In this document: piece by piece, positions 17,819 through 26,907 of the stretch
Numbering within the stretch: position 1 is the stretch's first letter
Layout of the letters: each line of letters starts with the position of its first letter
Assembly: GCA_965242865.1 (NCBI GenBank)
Contig: CBDETK010000013.1
Coordinates: 4,800,001 to 4,864,000, forward strand
From: Candidatus Latescibacterota bacterium
GTDB lineage: Bacteria > Latescibacterota > UBA2968 > UBA8231
DNA: 64,000 nucleotides
Reading direction: 5' to 3'
Program-made: the position numbers and the translations under genes
Notes under the pieces: generated by a model
What the model was told of the DNA's origin: nothing
Databases searched by the model: none
Seen by the model: the letters and a program-made list of their open reading frames with translations, nothing else

Positions 17819-18315
17819 TTGTTTTTCGATTCTGCGGACAGCGACGGCGATGTCGATTTGGTGGTGTTGGCTCCGGTCTTGGGCGGTGTGCATCTGCTCA
17901 AGAGTTCGCTGAGCGCTGCCGCTAACAGCAGTACTGACGCCAGCGGCAACGCAACCAGCGCAGCATCGGCTGGGCGCCAGCTATCCCAATCCGTTCAATC
18001 CGGCGGTGGTGCTGCCGCTTGATTTGGCAACGGACGCGGCGAGCGTGTCGCTGACAGTGCATGACGTGTTGGGTCGTCGAGTGCGGCAGGTATGGCAGGG
18101 GCCGCTGGGGGCGGGTAGCCATCGGTTTACTTGGGATGACCAGCACTTGCTCCGCTCCATAGCGCTCGACCAGTCGGGCCGCTGGGGGCGGGTAGCCATC
18201 GGTTTACTTGGGATGGGCGCGACGAGGAGGGTAAAGACATGGCGGCGGGCGTGTACATCTATCGGGTCGAAATCGACGGACGGGTAGAAGCGAAAAAGAC
18301 GACGAAGCTGCCTTA
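17819..18315 (+). pseudogene. 3' remnant of a secreted protein (FG-GAP-like piece plus FlgD/T9SS-like C-terminal domain), interrupted by a 77-bp insertion
   Basis: DSDGDVDLV; YPNPFNP..VHDVLGRRVR..WDGRDEEG..AAGVYIYRV..KTTKLP*. A 40-bp duplication sits at 18099-18138 and 18176-18215. Confidence 0.75.
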
Positions 18316-18444
18316 GAAGTTGTCTGCTCCGCAAATTCTACCTTGGGGCGTGTTGAACAAGCCGTAGAGCCGGTCTGCTCGGCCTTAGCCCGTTCTGCCG
18401 CGTCGCCTCAACGCCATGCAAGCCGGGCAGGTGAACCTCCATGA

Positions 18445-19719
18445 CTACCGCATCTCCAGCGCGATGTGCGATGGAGCATCTAATCCCGTGGTGATGAGGT
18501 CTTCGACCGATGAGCCATTTAGGTTGGCACGCTGAATTTTATCCGAGCCAAAGTCTGTCCAATACATCTTTCCGCCCGCCACATCCAGCGCGATGTGCGA
18601 TGGCGTTAGCAATCCCGTGGTGACGAGGTCTTCGACCGATGAGCCATTCAGGTTGGCACGCTGAATTTTATTCGAGCCAGCGTCCGTCCAGTACATCTTT
18701 CCGCTCGCTACATCTAGCGCGATACCCAATGGATTACTCAATCCCGTGACGAGGTCTTCGACCGATGAGCCATCCGGGTTGGCACGCTGAATTTTACCCG
18801 TGCCCCAGTCCGTGTAGTATAGGGCGTTCAGTACGACGGGTGGTTCCGTCGGTTCCTCTGGTTCCGGTTGGACGGTTTCGACGCGGGGGTATTTTTCTAT
18901 CACCGCTTGGACGCGGAGGCCGCTTGCTATCGAGGCGGCGAGTTGTTGGTTGGCCGCATGCTCGCCGAGGCCGTTTTCTACCACGCCCAGCCATTGCAAG
19001 TTCGTCAGGCTCGCCAACGGACTTATATCCGCAATCTCGTTGTCCCCTAGCTGGAGCCATTGCAGGTTGGTTAGGCGGGCTAACGGCTGCACGTCCGTAA
19101 TCTCGTTGCCCCACAGATCCAGTTTGCGCAGGTTGGTCAGGCTCGCCAGCGGACTCACGTCCGTAACCTCGTTCCCCCATAGCGACAGCGTGTGCAGATT
19201 GGTCAGGTTCGCCAACGGACTCACGTCGGTAATGGCGTTGTCCCGCAGATACAGCGTGTGCAGTGCCGTGGCGTGTTCGAGGCCGGCCACGCTCTCAATG
19301 TTTTTATAGCTGGCGTCAAGTTCGGTCAGGGACGCCAAGTCTGCCGGGGTCAGGGTCCCTTGCGGGTGATCTAACGCCTCCCGCACCGCCCGCTCCAAAT
19401 TGGCGTCGGCGAACTCCACGGTGGCCGATTGGGTGCTGTCAGCGTCAGCGTCAGCGTCGGTCTCGGCCTGTGTACTTGGAAGAGGGGCATGACGCACCGA
19501 AAGAGGCAGAGCTAGCCCTAGGGCGATACTTGGAGCACTCGGTACGCGCCCCTTGCTGTGGGTGCGCCTTTGCTGGTGTTCTCGCGGCGTCCGGGTCGAG
19601 GGGATTCCGCCCTCGGTCCTTAGCAGGCTGATTGCGGAGGTCGTGCAGTAAACGTGGATCAGCATAAAGGCCGCACGGTCGCGTGCGCTTGGGTTTAGGA
19701 CTGCCATATCATCCCGCAT
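18445..19719 (-). CDS. Internalin-like LRR plus YWTD (LDL-receptor class B) repeat protein; N-terminus doubtful or truncated
   Basis: FADANLERAVR cap, 22-aa LRRs (LTNLxxLxLxxNxIxDVSPLA), three YWTD-type repeats (YYTD, MYWTD). Recognisable domains start at ~19430; no signal peptide. Confidence 0.8.
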   Translation of the reverse strand: MRDDMAVLNPSARDRAAFMLIHVYCTTSAISLLRTEGGIPSTRTPREHQQRRTHSKGRVPSAPSIALGLALPLSVRHAPLPSTQAETDADADADSTQSATVEFADANLERAVREALDHPQGTLTPADLASLTELDASYKNIESVAGLEHATALHTLYLRDNAITDVSPLANLTNLHTLSLWGNEVTDVSPLASLTNLRKLDLWGNEITDVQPLARLTNLQWLQLGDNEIADISPLASLTNLQWLGVVENGLGEHAANQQLAASIASGLRVQAVIEKYPRVETVQPEPEEPTEPPVVLNALYYTDWGTGKIQRANPDGSSVEDLVTGLSNPLGIALDVASGKMYWTDAGSNKIQRANLNGSSVEDLVTTGLLTPSHIALDVAGGKMYWTDFGSDKIQRANLNGSSVEDLITTGLDAPSHIALEMR

Positions 19720-20881
19720 CGGCGTTCATCAGCACATCCTCGTACAGCGCGTGGATTCGCGCCGCCACCCGGCGATAGTCGTAACGCGCCTCGGCCTGCT
19801 GGCTGATGGCCTCGCGGTCGTAGCAATCGTATTGGTCTAGGACCGCGAGAATACCGGCGGCCAAATCCTCTGCGTCGCCGACCGCCACGAGCCGACCGAC
19901 CTCCGCATGGACGACCTCTTCCGGCCCGCCGCAGCGCGTGGCGACGACCGGCAGGCCGCAAGCCATGGCCTCAATGAGCGACGTGGTCAGGCCCTCGCTG
20001 AAGCTGGGCAGGACGAACAAATCGGCCGCGGCCATGTACTGGGGCAGGTCCTCCCAAGGCACCGCGTCTGCAAACGACACATGCGCGGACAGGTTCAGGG
20101 CCTCGACTTGCGGCAGGAACGGATGAGCCGTCCCGGTCGCCGGGTGGCCGCCGATCAAGGTCAGGGAGACGTCGCGGCCTCGACTCCGCACTTTGGCCAG
20201 CGCCGCCAGCAAGACGCGCAAGCCCTTGGCCTCGACAAATCGGCCCACATAAAGCAGACGCCACCCACCTTTGCCGGGCGGGCGCGACCCAGTCGCCGAA
20301 AAGAGCCGACAATCCACGCCATTGGGAATGCAGAAAACCCGGTCGGCCGGGACGCCCAACTGCACGACCGCACAGCGCAGCTCTTGGCTGACGGCCACGA
20401 CGGCCGCGGCGCGCGTTAGAGCTTCGACGATCAATTGCCGCAGTTGGGGCTTGAGCTGGGGCAGAATTTTAATGTCGGAGCCGTGGACCGTGATGACTAC
20501 GGGCCGGCCGGTTTGCGCGCCGTACTCAACAGCGGCCCGGCCATCGGGATAGGCGCAGTGCGCGTGAATGATGTCCGGCACACCCGCACCCGAGCCGAGC
20601 AACGCCTTGAGGTGAAAACGCCACAGCTTGGTAAAGAGCAGCCGGCGCGGCAGGGCAAAGCGGCGCGGATACCGCACCCGGATGCTGTCTAGCCCATCGA
20701 CGCGGGGAATGCGGCGGTAGGCACTCCACAAACCAAACCCGGGCAAGGGAAACCAAGGCACCGGGGCGACGACCTCTATCTGACAATGGTCTTTGAGGAG
20801 GCGCAACTGGTTGTGGACGAAACGGCCGGACATGTTGGCAATGGGGTTGGGATACAGGTGCGACAGGACTAAGACCTTCAC
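19709..20881 (-). CDS. GT4 family glycosyltransferase
   Basis: VITVHGSD, YVGRF..KG, PSFSEGL..SLIEAMACGLPVV; GTG start at 20881. Confidence 0.92.
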   Translation of the reverse strand: MKVLVLSHLYPNPIANMSGRFVHNQLRLLKDHCQIEVVAPVPWFPLPGFGLWSAYRRIPRVDGLDSIRVRYPRRFALPRRLLFTKLWRFHLKALLGSGAGVPDIIHAHCAYPDGRAAVEYGAQTGRPVVITVHGSDIKILPQLKPQLRQLIVEALTRAAAVVAVSQELRCAVVQLGVPADRVFCIPNGVDCRLFSATGSRPPGKGGWRLLYVGRFVEAKGLRVLLAALAKVRSRGRDVSLTLIGGHPATGTAHPFLPQVEALNLSAHVSFADAVPWEDLPQYMAAADLFVLPSFSEGLTTSLIEAMACGLPVVATRCGGPEEVVHAEVGRLVAVGDAEDLAAGILAVLDQYDCYDREAISQQAEARYDYRRVAARIHALYEDVLMNADAG

Positions 20882-22302
20882 GTAGGGGCCTCGCGTTTTT
20901 CTAGGGCGGGCACGGCAAACGCAATGCCCGTGAACATCCACAAGAAATTGTTGGCAAACTCGCCGGTGAAGGTGAGGCTGACCTGAAAGGTGACAAACGT
21001 CGAGACGAGCGCGATCATCACCCCGCGCAAGTACTCGTCCTGTGTATGCCTGATGTGGTAAAGGGAAAAAGCCAAGATGCGCCAGACGACCCAAGCCGCG
21101 GCCAGCAGCCCCACGAGCCCGAGCTCGGCGATGATCGTGGCAAACAGGGTGTGCGACTCGCGCGTCGGCAGCCAGTGGGGGAACCCTTCGGGCTTGTAGT
21201 CTTCAAAGACTACCGGAAATGCGCGCCAGCCGACCCCGAGCAAGGGATGGGCCAAGAACATCTTAAACCCGGCGATGGCAAAGTAAACCCGCGCCGTACT
21301 CGAAGCCCGGCTGTCGGCCCCAAACTCCACAAACAGCGAGAAGATCGAATAGAACCGCTCGAAAATGTACGCGGCAAACGGAACGTAGTTTTTTACGATC
21401 AACACGGCCGCGCAAAACGCTATTGAGACGTAGAAGAGATAGCGCAACTTACCGGCCAAAAACAGCAACACGACCACGCCGACGAACAGCGCGACCCAGT
21501 TGCCGCGGCTGAAGGTGATGACCAACGCCGCGGCCCCCAGCCCCATCGCCAGCAGCAACAAGAGCCGCTTCCACCAGCGCAGCTTGGGCACGAGAAAAAT
21601 CCCGGCCATGAAGAGAATGCCCACGGCGAGAAAGGTGCCGAAGATGTTGGGGTTGTGATACGTACCCGAAGCGCGCGGCATATTGGCGCCCACGCTAGAG
21701 ACCACGCTCGCCGGCAGGTAGAACCGCTCCGAGATGATCTGGAACACGGCCAGAATGGAGGCCCCGGTCAGGACGATGCCCAGCGACGCGATCGTCAGGT
21801 TGAGAACGCGACGCGAGTCAATGAGAATTTGGGTTATGTAGAGAAACAAGGCTAGAAAGGCGATGCGAAAAAAACTGATCGTGGCTTCGGGTTGATTGGG
21901 CGAATAGGTCAGGGAGACGGCCATACAACCGAGAAACAGCATGAGGGGGGCTTGGATTTCGAGGGGCGGGAACGCGCGGCGCTTTTGTAGGAAAATGTGG
22001 CCGGCCAACGCCGCGCAGAGCAGGACAAACGACAGGTGAAAGCCGGTTACTGGCAGCCCGAGGGCCGTCGTTTGGATGACGCGGCCGGCCGAATCCAAGG
22101 CCGTAGTCGCAATGATTACCGGGAGCACGAGCCAAGGATATACGGTCAGGAGCAAGAGCACGAGCAAGAGCACCGCGCCCCCCAAGCCCCACAATACCTG
22201 TTCGCGTGGCACAAAGAGCACACAGACCAAAATCGCCACTTGGACCAGCAGGAAAACGGCAAACCCTTTGTACCCTAGTAGGGGTTGGACCAATTGCTTC
22301 AT
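20878..22302 (-). CDS. O-antigen ligase/polymerase family membrane protein
   Basis: Multi-TM; RASGTYHNPN, TFSRG, HPLLGVG, SH..F..IIAELG. Confidence 0.88.
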   Translation of the reverse strand: MKQLVQPLLGYKGFAVFLLVQVAILVCVLFVPREQVLWGLGGAVLLLVLLLLTVYPWLVLPVIIATTALDSAGRVIQTTALGLPVTGFHLSFVLLCAALAGHIFLQKRRAFPPLEIQAPLMLFLGCMAVSLTYSPNQPEATISFFRIAFLALFLYITQILIDSRRVLNLTIASLGIVLTGASILAVFQIISERFYLPASVVSSVGANMPRASGTYHNPNIFGTFLAVGILFMAGIFLVPKLRWWKRLLLLLAMGLGAAALVITFSRGNWVALFVGVVVLLFLAGKLRYLFYVSIAFCAAVLIVKNYVPFAAYIFERFYSIFSLFVEFGADSRASSTARVYFAIAGFKMFLAHPLLGVGWRAFPVVFEDYKPEGFPHWLPTRESHTLFATIIAELGLVGLLAAAWVVWRILAFSLYHIRHTQDEYLRGVMIALVSTFVTFQVSLTFTGEFANNFLWMFTGIAFAVPALEKREAPT

Positions 22303-22306
22303 GGCG

Positions 22307-23647
22307 TCACGAGCGAATAAAGGCCAGCACCTCGTCCCGCTTCTCGGCCATGCGCTCGGCCGAGCGGGCCTCTAGGTTGAGGCGCAACAGGGGCTCGGTA
22401 TTGGAGGGCCGCACGTTGAAGTGCCAGTCGTCGTAGCGAACCGAAATCCCGTCGAGGCGCAGGATGCGGCCGTCTTGGTAGCGGTCGGCTAGGGCCGCGA
22501 TTTTGGCGGCGGGGTCCGCGACCGTGGAATTGATCTCAGAGGACGTAAAGTACTGGTGCTCTAGCGGAGCGAGCAGCTCGGAGAGCGTAACCCCCCGCTG
22601 CGATAGCAACTCCAGCATCACCAGCGACGGCACGATGCCGGAATCCGCGCCAAAGAAGTCGCGGAAGTAGTAATGACCGCTCAGCTCGCCGGCAAACACA
22701 GCGCCTTCCTCAAACATCCGCGGCTTGAGAAACGAGTGGCCGACGCGCTCGATCAGGGGCGTGCCACCGGCCGCTTTTACGAGGTCGGGCACGGCCCACG
22801 AGCAGCGCAGATCGTACACGATCTTGGTGCCGGGATGGCGTTCTAGCAGGTAGCAGGCCATCAGCGCGGTCGCAAAGTCGCCGGGCACAAAGCGGCCCCG
22901 GTCGTCGATGATGAAGAAGCGGTCGCCGTCGCCGTCAAAGGCAAAGCCCACGTCGGCGCCTTCGGCTAGGACGCGGCGCTCCAAGTCGGCGCGGTTTTCC
23001 GGCTGCATGGGATCGAGGCCGTGGTGGGGCAGGTGCCCATCCGGCTCTAGGTACAGGCCGACGAACTCAATGGGCAACCGCTCGTACACGGCTTGTAAGA
23101 CCGGCCCCACCATGCCGTTGCCCGTGTCAGCCACCACCTTGAGCCGCTCCATGCGGGCCGGGTCCACGAGGCTCAACACCTTGTCGATAAAGCCCGACGT
23201 CACCTCCGCGGTCCGAATCGCGCCCCGCCGTTGCGCGGTGCCCCAGCTTTCGGCTGCCACGAGGCGGCGCAGGTCTTGGATTCCGGACTCGCCGCTGAGC
23301 AGATAGGGCATTTGGCGCACCATCTTAAAACCGCAGTATTCGGGCGGGTTGTGCGAAGCGGTCACCATCGCGCCCGGGCGGTCCAACGTCGCGCAGGCAT
23401 AGTAGTACTGATCCGTGCCGACCATGCCGATGTCGATGACGTCCGCGCCTTGATCCACTAGGCCGCGCACGAGGTGTTCTTTGATGGCCGGGCTCGAAAG
23501 GCGCATGTCGCGCCCCACGACGACTTCCGCACACTGGAGCAGGGCCACAAAGGCGCGGCCAATGGCATACGCTGCTTCTTCGCTCAGGGGGTCGGGATAG
23601 ATGCCGCGGATGTCGTACGCTTTGAAGATGGAAGGATCGACCTGCAT
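22307..23647 (-). CDS. manB: Phosphomannomutase/phosphoglucomutase
   Basis: IFKAYDIRG, TASHNP, FDGDGDR, GELSGH, RPSNTEP. Confidence 0.93.
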   Translation of the reverse strand: MQVDPSIFKAYDIRGIYPDPLSEEAAYAIGRAFVALLQCAEVVVGRDMRLSSPAIKEHLVRGLVDQGADVIDIGMVGTDQYYYACATLDRPGAMVTASHNPPEYCGFKMVRQMPYLLSGESGIQDLRRLVAAESWGTAQRRGAIRTAEVTSGFIDKVLSLVDPARMERLKVVADTGNGMVGPVLQAVYERLPIEFVGLYLEPDGHLPHHGLDPMQPENRADLERRVLAEGADVGFAFDGDGDRFFIIDDRGRFVPGDFATALMACYLLERHPGTKIVYDLRCSWAVPDLVKAAGGTPLIERVGHSFLKPRMFEEGAVFAGELSGHYYFRDFFGADSGIVPSLVMLELLSQRGVTLSELLAPLEHQYFTSSEINSTVADPAAKIAALADRYQDGRILRLDGISVRYDDWHFNVRPSNTEPLLRLNLEARSAERMAEKRDEVLAFIRS

Positions 23648-23649
23648 GC

Positions 23650-24720
23650 TCAGACGAAGCGACGCAGGGTGACGTCGAGGGTCCGCACGCCGGCCACGGC
23701 CGGTTGGTGCTGCACCAGAATCGGGCTTTGATACGTGCCCTGTAGGATGCGCTCGGCCCCGGCTCCGGCGCGGTCTGAGACCAGCAGCCGAATGTGGCGC
23801 TTGAGGCGCAAGATGCGCTGGGCGGGCGTCGATAGGACCGAAAAGATGCGGTCGATGACCGACCGCCCCACGGGAACTTGGTCGAGCAATTCGTTGTAAA
23901 AGCGGAGGGAATCGTAGGTGGCGTAGGCGTGCATCTTGCCGGGGATGGAGGCGGGGTCTTGCAGGAGCCGCTTGCCGCGTTGGAGCACGTAGCGCAACGG
24001 GTCGCTGAGGGCCTCGGGCAAGTCGTTGCGCATCAGCAGGGTCTCGTACTCGTTGACGGTCATGCCGACGTGCTTTTCCTCCGGGGCGAGGCGAATGTCG
24101 ATGCAGCCTTTGTCGATGCCGCATTGCCGCAGCCAATCGGCGAGCGTTGCAAAGAGGCCGTAGTGCGGGTCCTTGAGGTTGAAAGCGTCGATCGCATGGC
24201 TGCCGACCACTGGAATTTCCACCCGACCGCGATGCACGATTTCGGCGCGGTTGTAGGCCATGACTGCGGTGCAGCGGCTGCGCACGTAGTGCTTGTACAT
24301 GCCGTCTAGCTCGATGAAGTACACCGGCTCTTCGGGACGGTGGATGTAGGTCACGCAGTTTTTGAGCCCCGCGGCAATAAAGGTCAGGTGCGAGTCGGCG
24401 TTGACCGGCTCCTTTTTCTTTTCGCCCTCGCTGAGCTCGGCGCGCAGCTGCATGCGGTCGTGAAAATAGCCTGCGTTGTGGGGAAATATCTTTTTAATGG
24501 CGCGAATGAAGGGGTCAATTTGCTTGCGGCTGTGGCCCAAGCGCCGACACGTGCCTTGCTCCATATAACCGGCCGTGGTGTGCAACGAACAGTACGCGGC
24601 CTTGCGAAAGGGGCGCAGTTGGTCGCCAACTTGCTGGCGGATTAGCTCGGCGATGTCAATGATGGCAAAGCGCCGCTGGGGGCGGATGGTTAGGTTGAGC
24701 TCTACGGGTTGCGGAGCCAT
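23650..24720 (-). CDS. Hypothetical protein with two YjbQ/UPF0047-like domains
   Basis: HTTAG..HD..NADSHL in the first half; HVGMTVNE..GTYQ in the second half. Confidence 0.6.
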   Translation of the reverse strand: MAPQPVELNLTIRPQRRFAIIDIAELIRQQVGDQLRPFRKAAYCSLHTTAGYMEQGTCRRLGHSRKQIDPFIRAIKKIFPHNAGYFHDRMQLRAELSEGEKKKEPVNADSHLTFIAAGLKNCVTYIHRPEEPVYFIELDGMYKHYVRSRCTAVMAYNRAEIVHRGRVEIPVVGSHAIDAFNLKDPHYGLFATLADWLRQCGIDKGCIDIRLAPEEKHVGMTVNEYETLLMRNDLPEALSDPLRYVLQRGKRLLQDPASIPGKMHAYATYDSLRFYNELLDQVPVGRSVIDRIFSVLSTPAQRILRLKRHIRLLVSDRAGAGAERILQGTYQSPILVQHQPAVAGVRTLDVTLRRFV

Positions 24721-24865
24721 AAATAAAGTCCTGAGTCGCGTTTGTATCGAGTACTGGCCTACGCTATCTTGTTGACGATAAAAATACCCGCTAGCAAACG
24801 CCCACGCAACCAAGACGTTCCCAATTCCTAAACGGACGGTACGCAACGGAAACCCAAGGCTATCC

Positions 24866-25771
24866 ATGGCCGAATACGATACCATTTCCAAGCACCTGAT
24901 CCAAGCCTACCCCGCCGACTTCGTCCGCTTCACCCTCCAACGCGACGACGTGGCGGCCTGCGAAGTCATCAACCCAGAGCAATCCACCGTCGAAACCCGC
25001 CAAACCGATAGCCTCATGCGCGCCCAGATCGCCGGCGAACAGGCGTTGGTCCATCACGAGTTTCAAACCACCGACCGCACCGACCCGCCCATGCCGCTCC
25101 GCATGGCCAGCTATATCATCCGCGCCATTGAACAACATCGCCAGCCGGTCTATTCCAGCGTGATTTACCTACGGCCCCAAGCCGGGCGGCGCGATCCGGG
25201 CTATTACGCCCAAGACCTGCCCGGCCACCGCATCTTGGTGCAATACAAGGTCATTCGGTTGAGCGAGATCGAGGGACAAGCGGTTGTCCGCGCCGGTCCG
25301 TCGGGCTTGCTTCCTTTCACACCCTTGATGAAACCGCCAGCGGGCATGGGTGAGGAAGCGTGGTTGCGCCAGTGCATTCAGGCGACCCAGGCGATGCCAT
25401 TGGATCCGGCCGTCAAGGTTGACTTTTTGGGCGGCTTGGCGATACTGAGTGGGTTGGCTTACGAGTGGACCACCATTCAGCGCATTATTTCTCAGGAGGG
25501 TCTTATGGACGCGATCATGCGCGAATCATCCTTTGCCCAACACCTCACCCAGCAGGGCATTGAGCAGGGCATTGAGCAGGGGGGCCGAAACCGCGCCGTT
25601 GAAGATATTCTCGACGTGTTGGAAATTCGCTTTGGGGCGGCCTCCGCCCATTCATTGGCTGCCCGCATTGCCGCGATTCACGATTTGCACCGGCTCAAGC
25701 AGTTGCATCGCATGGCGGTGCAAGCAGCCGATTTCGAGGGATTTCAGCGGCATTTGGATACCGCCGAGTGA
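24866..25771 (+). CDS. Rpn/YhgA-like PD-(D/E)XK nuclease
   Basis: YD..SK, TDSL..HHEFQ, MPLRM..Y, VIYL, C-terminal (GIEQ)n, LEIRFG. Confidence 0.85.
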   Translation: MAEYDTISKHLIQAYPADFVRFTLQRDDVAACEVINPEQSTVETRQTDSLMRAQIAGEQALVHHEFQTTDRTDPPMPLRMASYIIRAIEQHRQPVYSSVIYLRPQAGRRDPGYYAQDLPGHRILVQYKVIRLSEIEGQAVVRAGPSGLLPFTPLMKPPAGMGEEAWLRQCIQATQAMPLDPAVKVDFLGGLAILSGLAYEWTTIQRIISQEGLMDAIMRESSFAQHLTQQGIEQGIEQGGRNRAVEDILDVLEIRFGAASAHSLAARIAAIHDLHRLKQLHRMAVQAADFEGFQRHLDTAE

Positions 25772-25813
25772 CGCGAGGTGTCGGGCCGGCCAGCGGCATG
25801 TCAAAAGGTTGTC

Positions 25814-26314
25814 ATGAAAACGTTGCTGATCATGCGCCACGCCAAGTCGGATTATCCCCCCGGGATAAGCGACGATTTCGACCGTCCGCTCAACAAGCGC
25901 GGCCGCGCGGATTTGCCGCGCATCGCCCACCTACTCGCCGCTTATGGTCCGCGCCCCGAAGTCGTGCTGGCCTCGGCCGCGCACCGGGCGCACCAGACAG
26001 CCTCCGGCTTGGCCGAATCCCTCGGCCTGCCAGCGAGCGTCCTGCACTTGGACGACGCGCTTTATCTCGCGTCCCCCAGCACCTTGGCCCAAGCAGCGAC
26101 CGGCTTGCCAGACAGCGCACAGACTGGCCTCATCATCGCCCACAATCCAGGGTTAGAGGAGTGGATCCGCCAGCTAACGGGGGCGCACCTCCGCCTGCCG
26201 ACCGCCGGCCTAGCCGCGGTCGAATTGGGCAGCCACTCTTGGGCAGCAATCGGCCGCGGCCGCTTGCTCTACTTCGTGGTGCCGCGGCTGGTAAAAGCCC
26301 TAGTTCGCGATTAG
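25814..26314 (+). CDS. sixA: SixA-like phosphohistidine phosphatase
   Basis: MKTLLIMRHAKS, DFDRPLN.RG, RA.QT, AHNPG. Confidence 0.88.
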   Translation: MKTLLIMRHAKSDYPPGISDDFDRPLNKRGRADLPRIAHLLAAYGPRPEVVLASAAHRAHQTASGLAESLGLPASVLHLDDALYLASPSTLAQAATGLPDSAQTGLIIAHNPGLEEWIRQLTGAHLRLPTAGLAAVELGSHSWAAIGRGRLLYFVVPRLVKALVRD

Positions 26315-26415
26315 TCCCTACTGCTCATCGCCCCAGTGGGTGGGGATGGGACTTAGGTTGACGAATGTCGCGGGGATGGCTTATTTTTCAGCAAATCACC
26401 TTGGAGATAACGCCC

Positions 26416-26889
26416 ATGAACCTGTTGGACATTCTGTCGCCCGCATCGACCATAGTTGACCTCAAAGGAGAATCCAAAGAGGACATCATCGCCGAATTGG
26501 TCAACTCGCTCGCAGTCGGCGACGCCATCACCGACCGCGACCAAGTGCTACAAGCCGTCCTCGACCGCGAAAAGATCATGAGCACGGGCATCGGCGACGG
26601 CATTGCCATCCCCCACGGCAAGTCGGCCGCGGCCACCGAGCTCGTTGCCGCTATGGGCACTCAGCGGCGCGGGGTTGATTTCGACGCCCTCGATGGCGAG
26701 CCAGCCTTTGTGTTCTTCCTGCTGGTCTCCCCGGCCAATGTCTCTGGCCCCCACATCAAAGCACTGGCGCGGATTTCGCGGTTGCTCAAAAACGACGCGT
26801 TCAAAAAGAAGCTCATCCAAGCGAATTCAGCCGAGGAAATCATCGCTACCATCGAAGTTGCAGAGCGCGATATTCCTTCTGCGAACTAG
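26416..26889 (+). CDS. ptsN: PTS EIIA (Ntr/fructose-type) component
   Basis: DREKIMSTGIGDGIAIPHG, FDALDGEP, HIKALARISRLL. Confidence 0.85.
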   Translation: MNLLDILSPASTIVDLKGESKEDIIAELVNSLAVGDAITDRDQVLQAVLDREKIMSTGIGDGIAIPHGKSAAATELVAAMGTQRRGVDFDALDGEPAFVFFLLVSPANVSGPHIKALARISRLLKNDAFKKKLIQANSAEEIIATIEVAERDIPSAN

Positions 26890-26907
26890 CGCGGCCCCTT
26901 CCCCATC

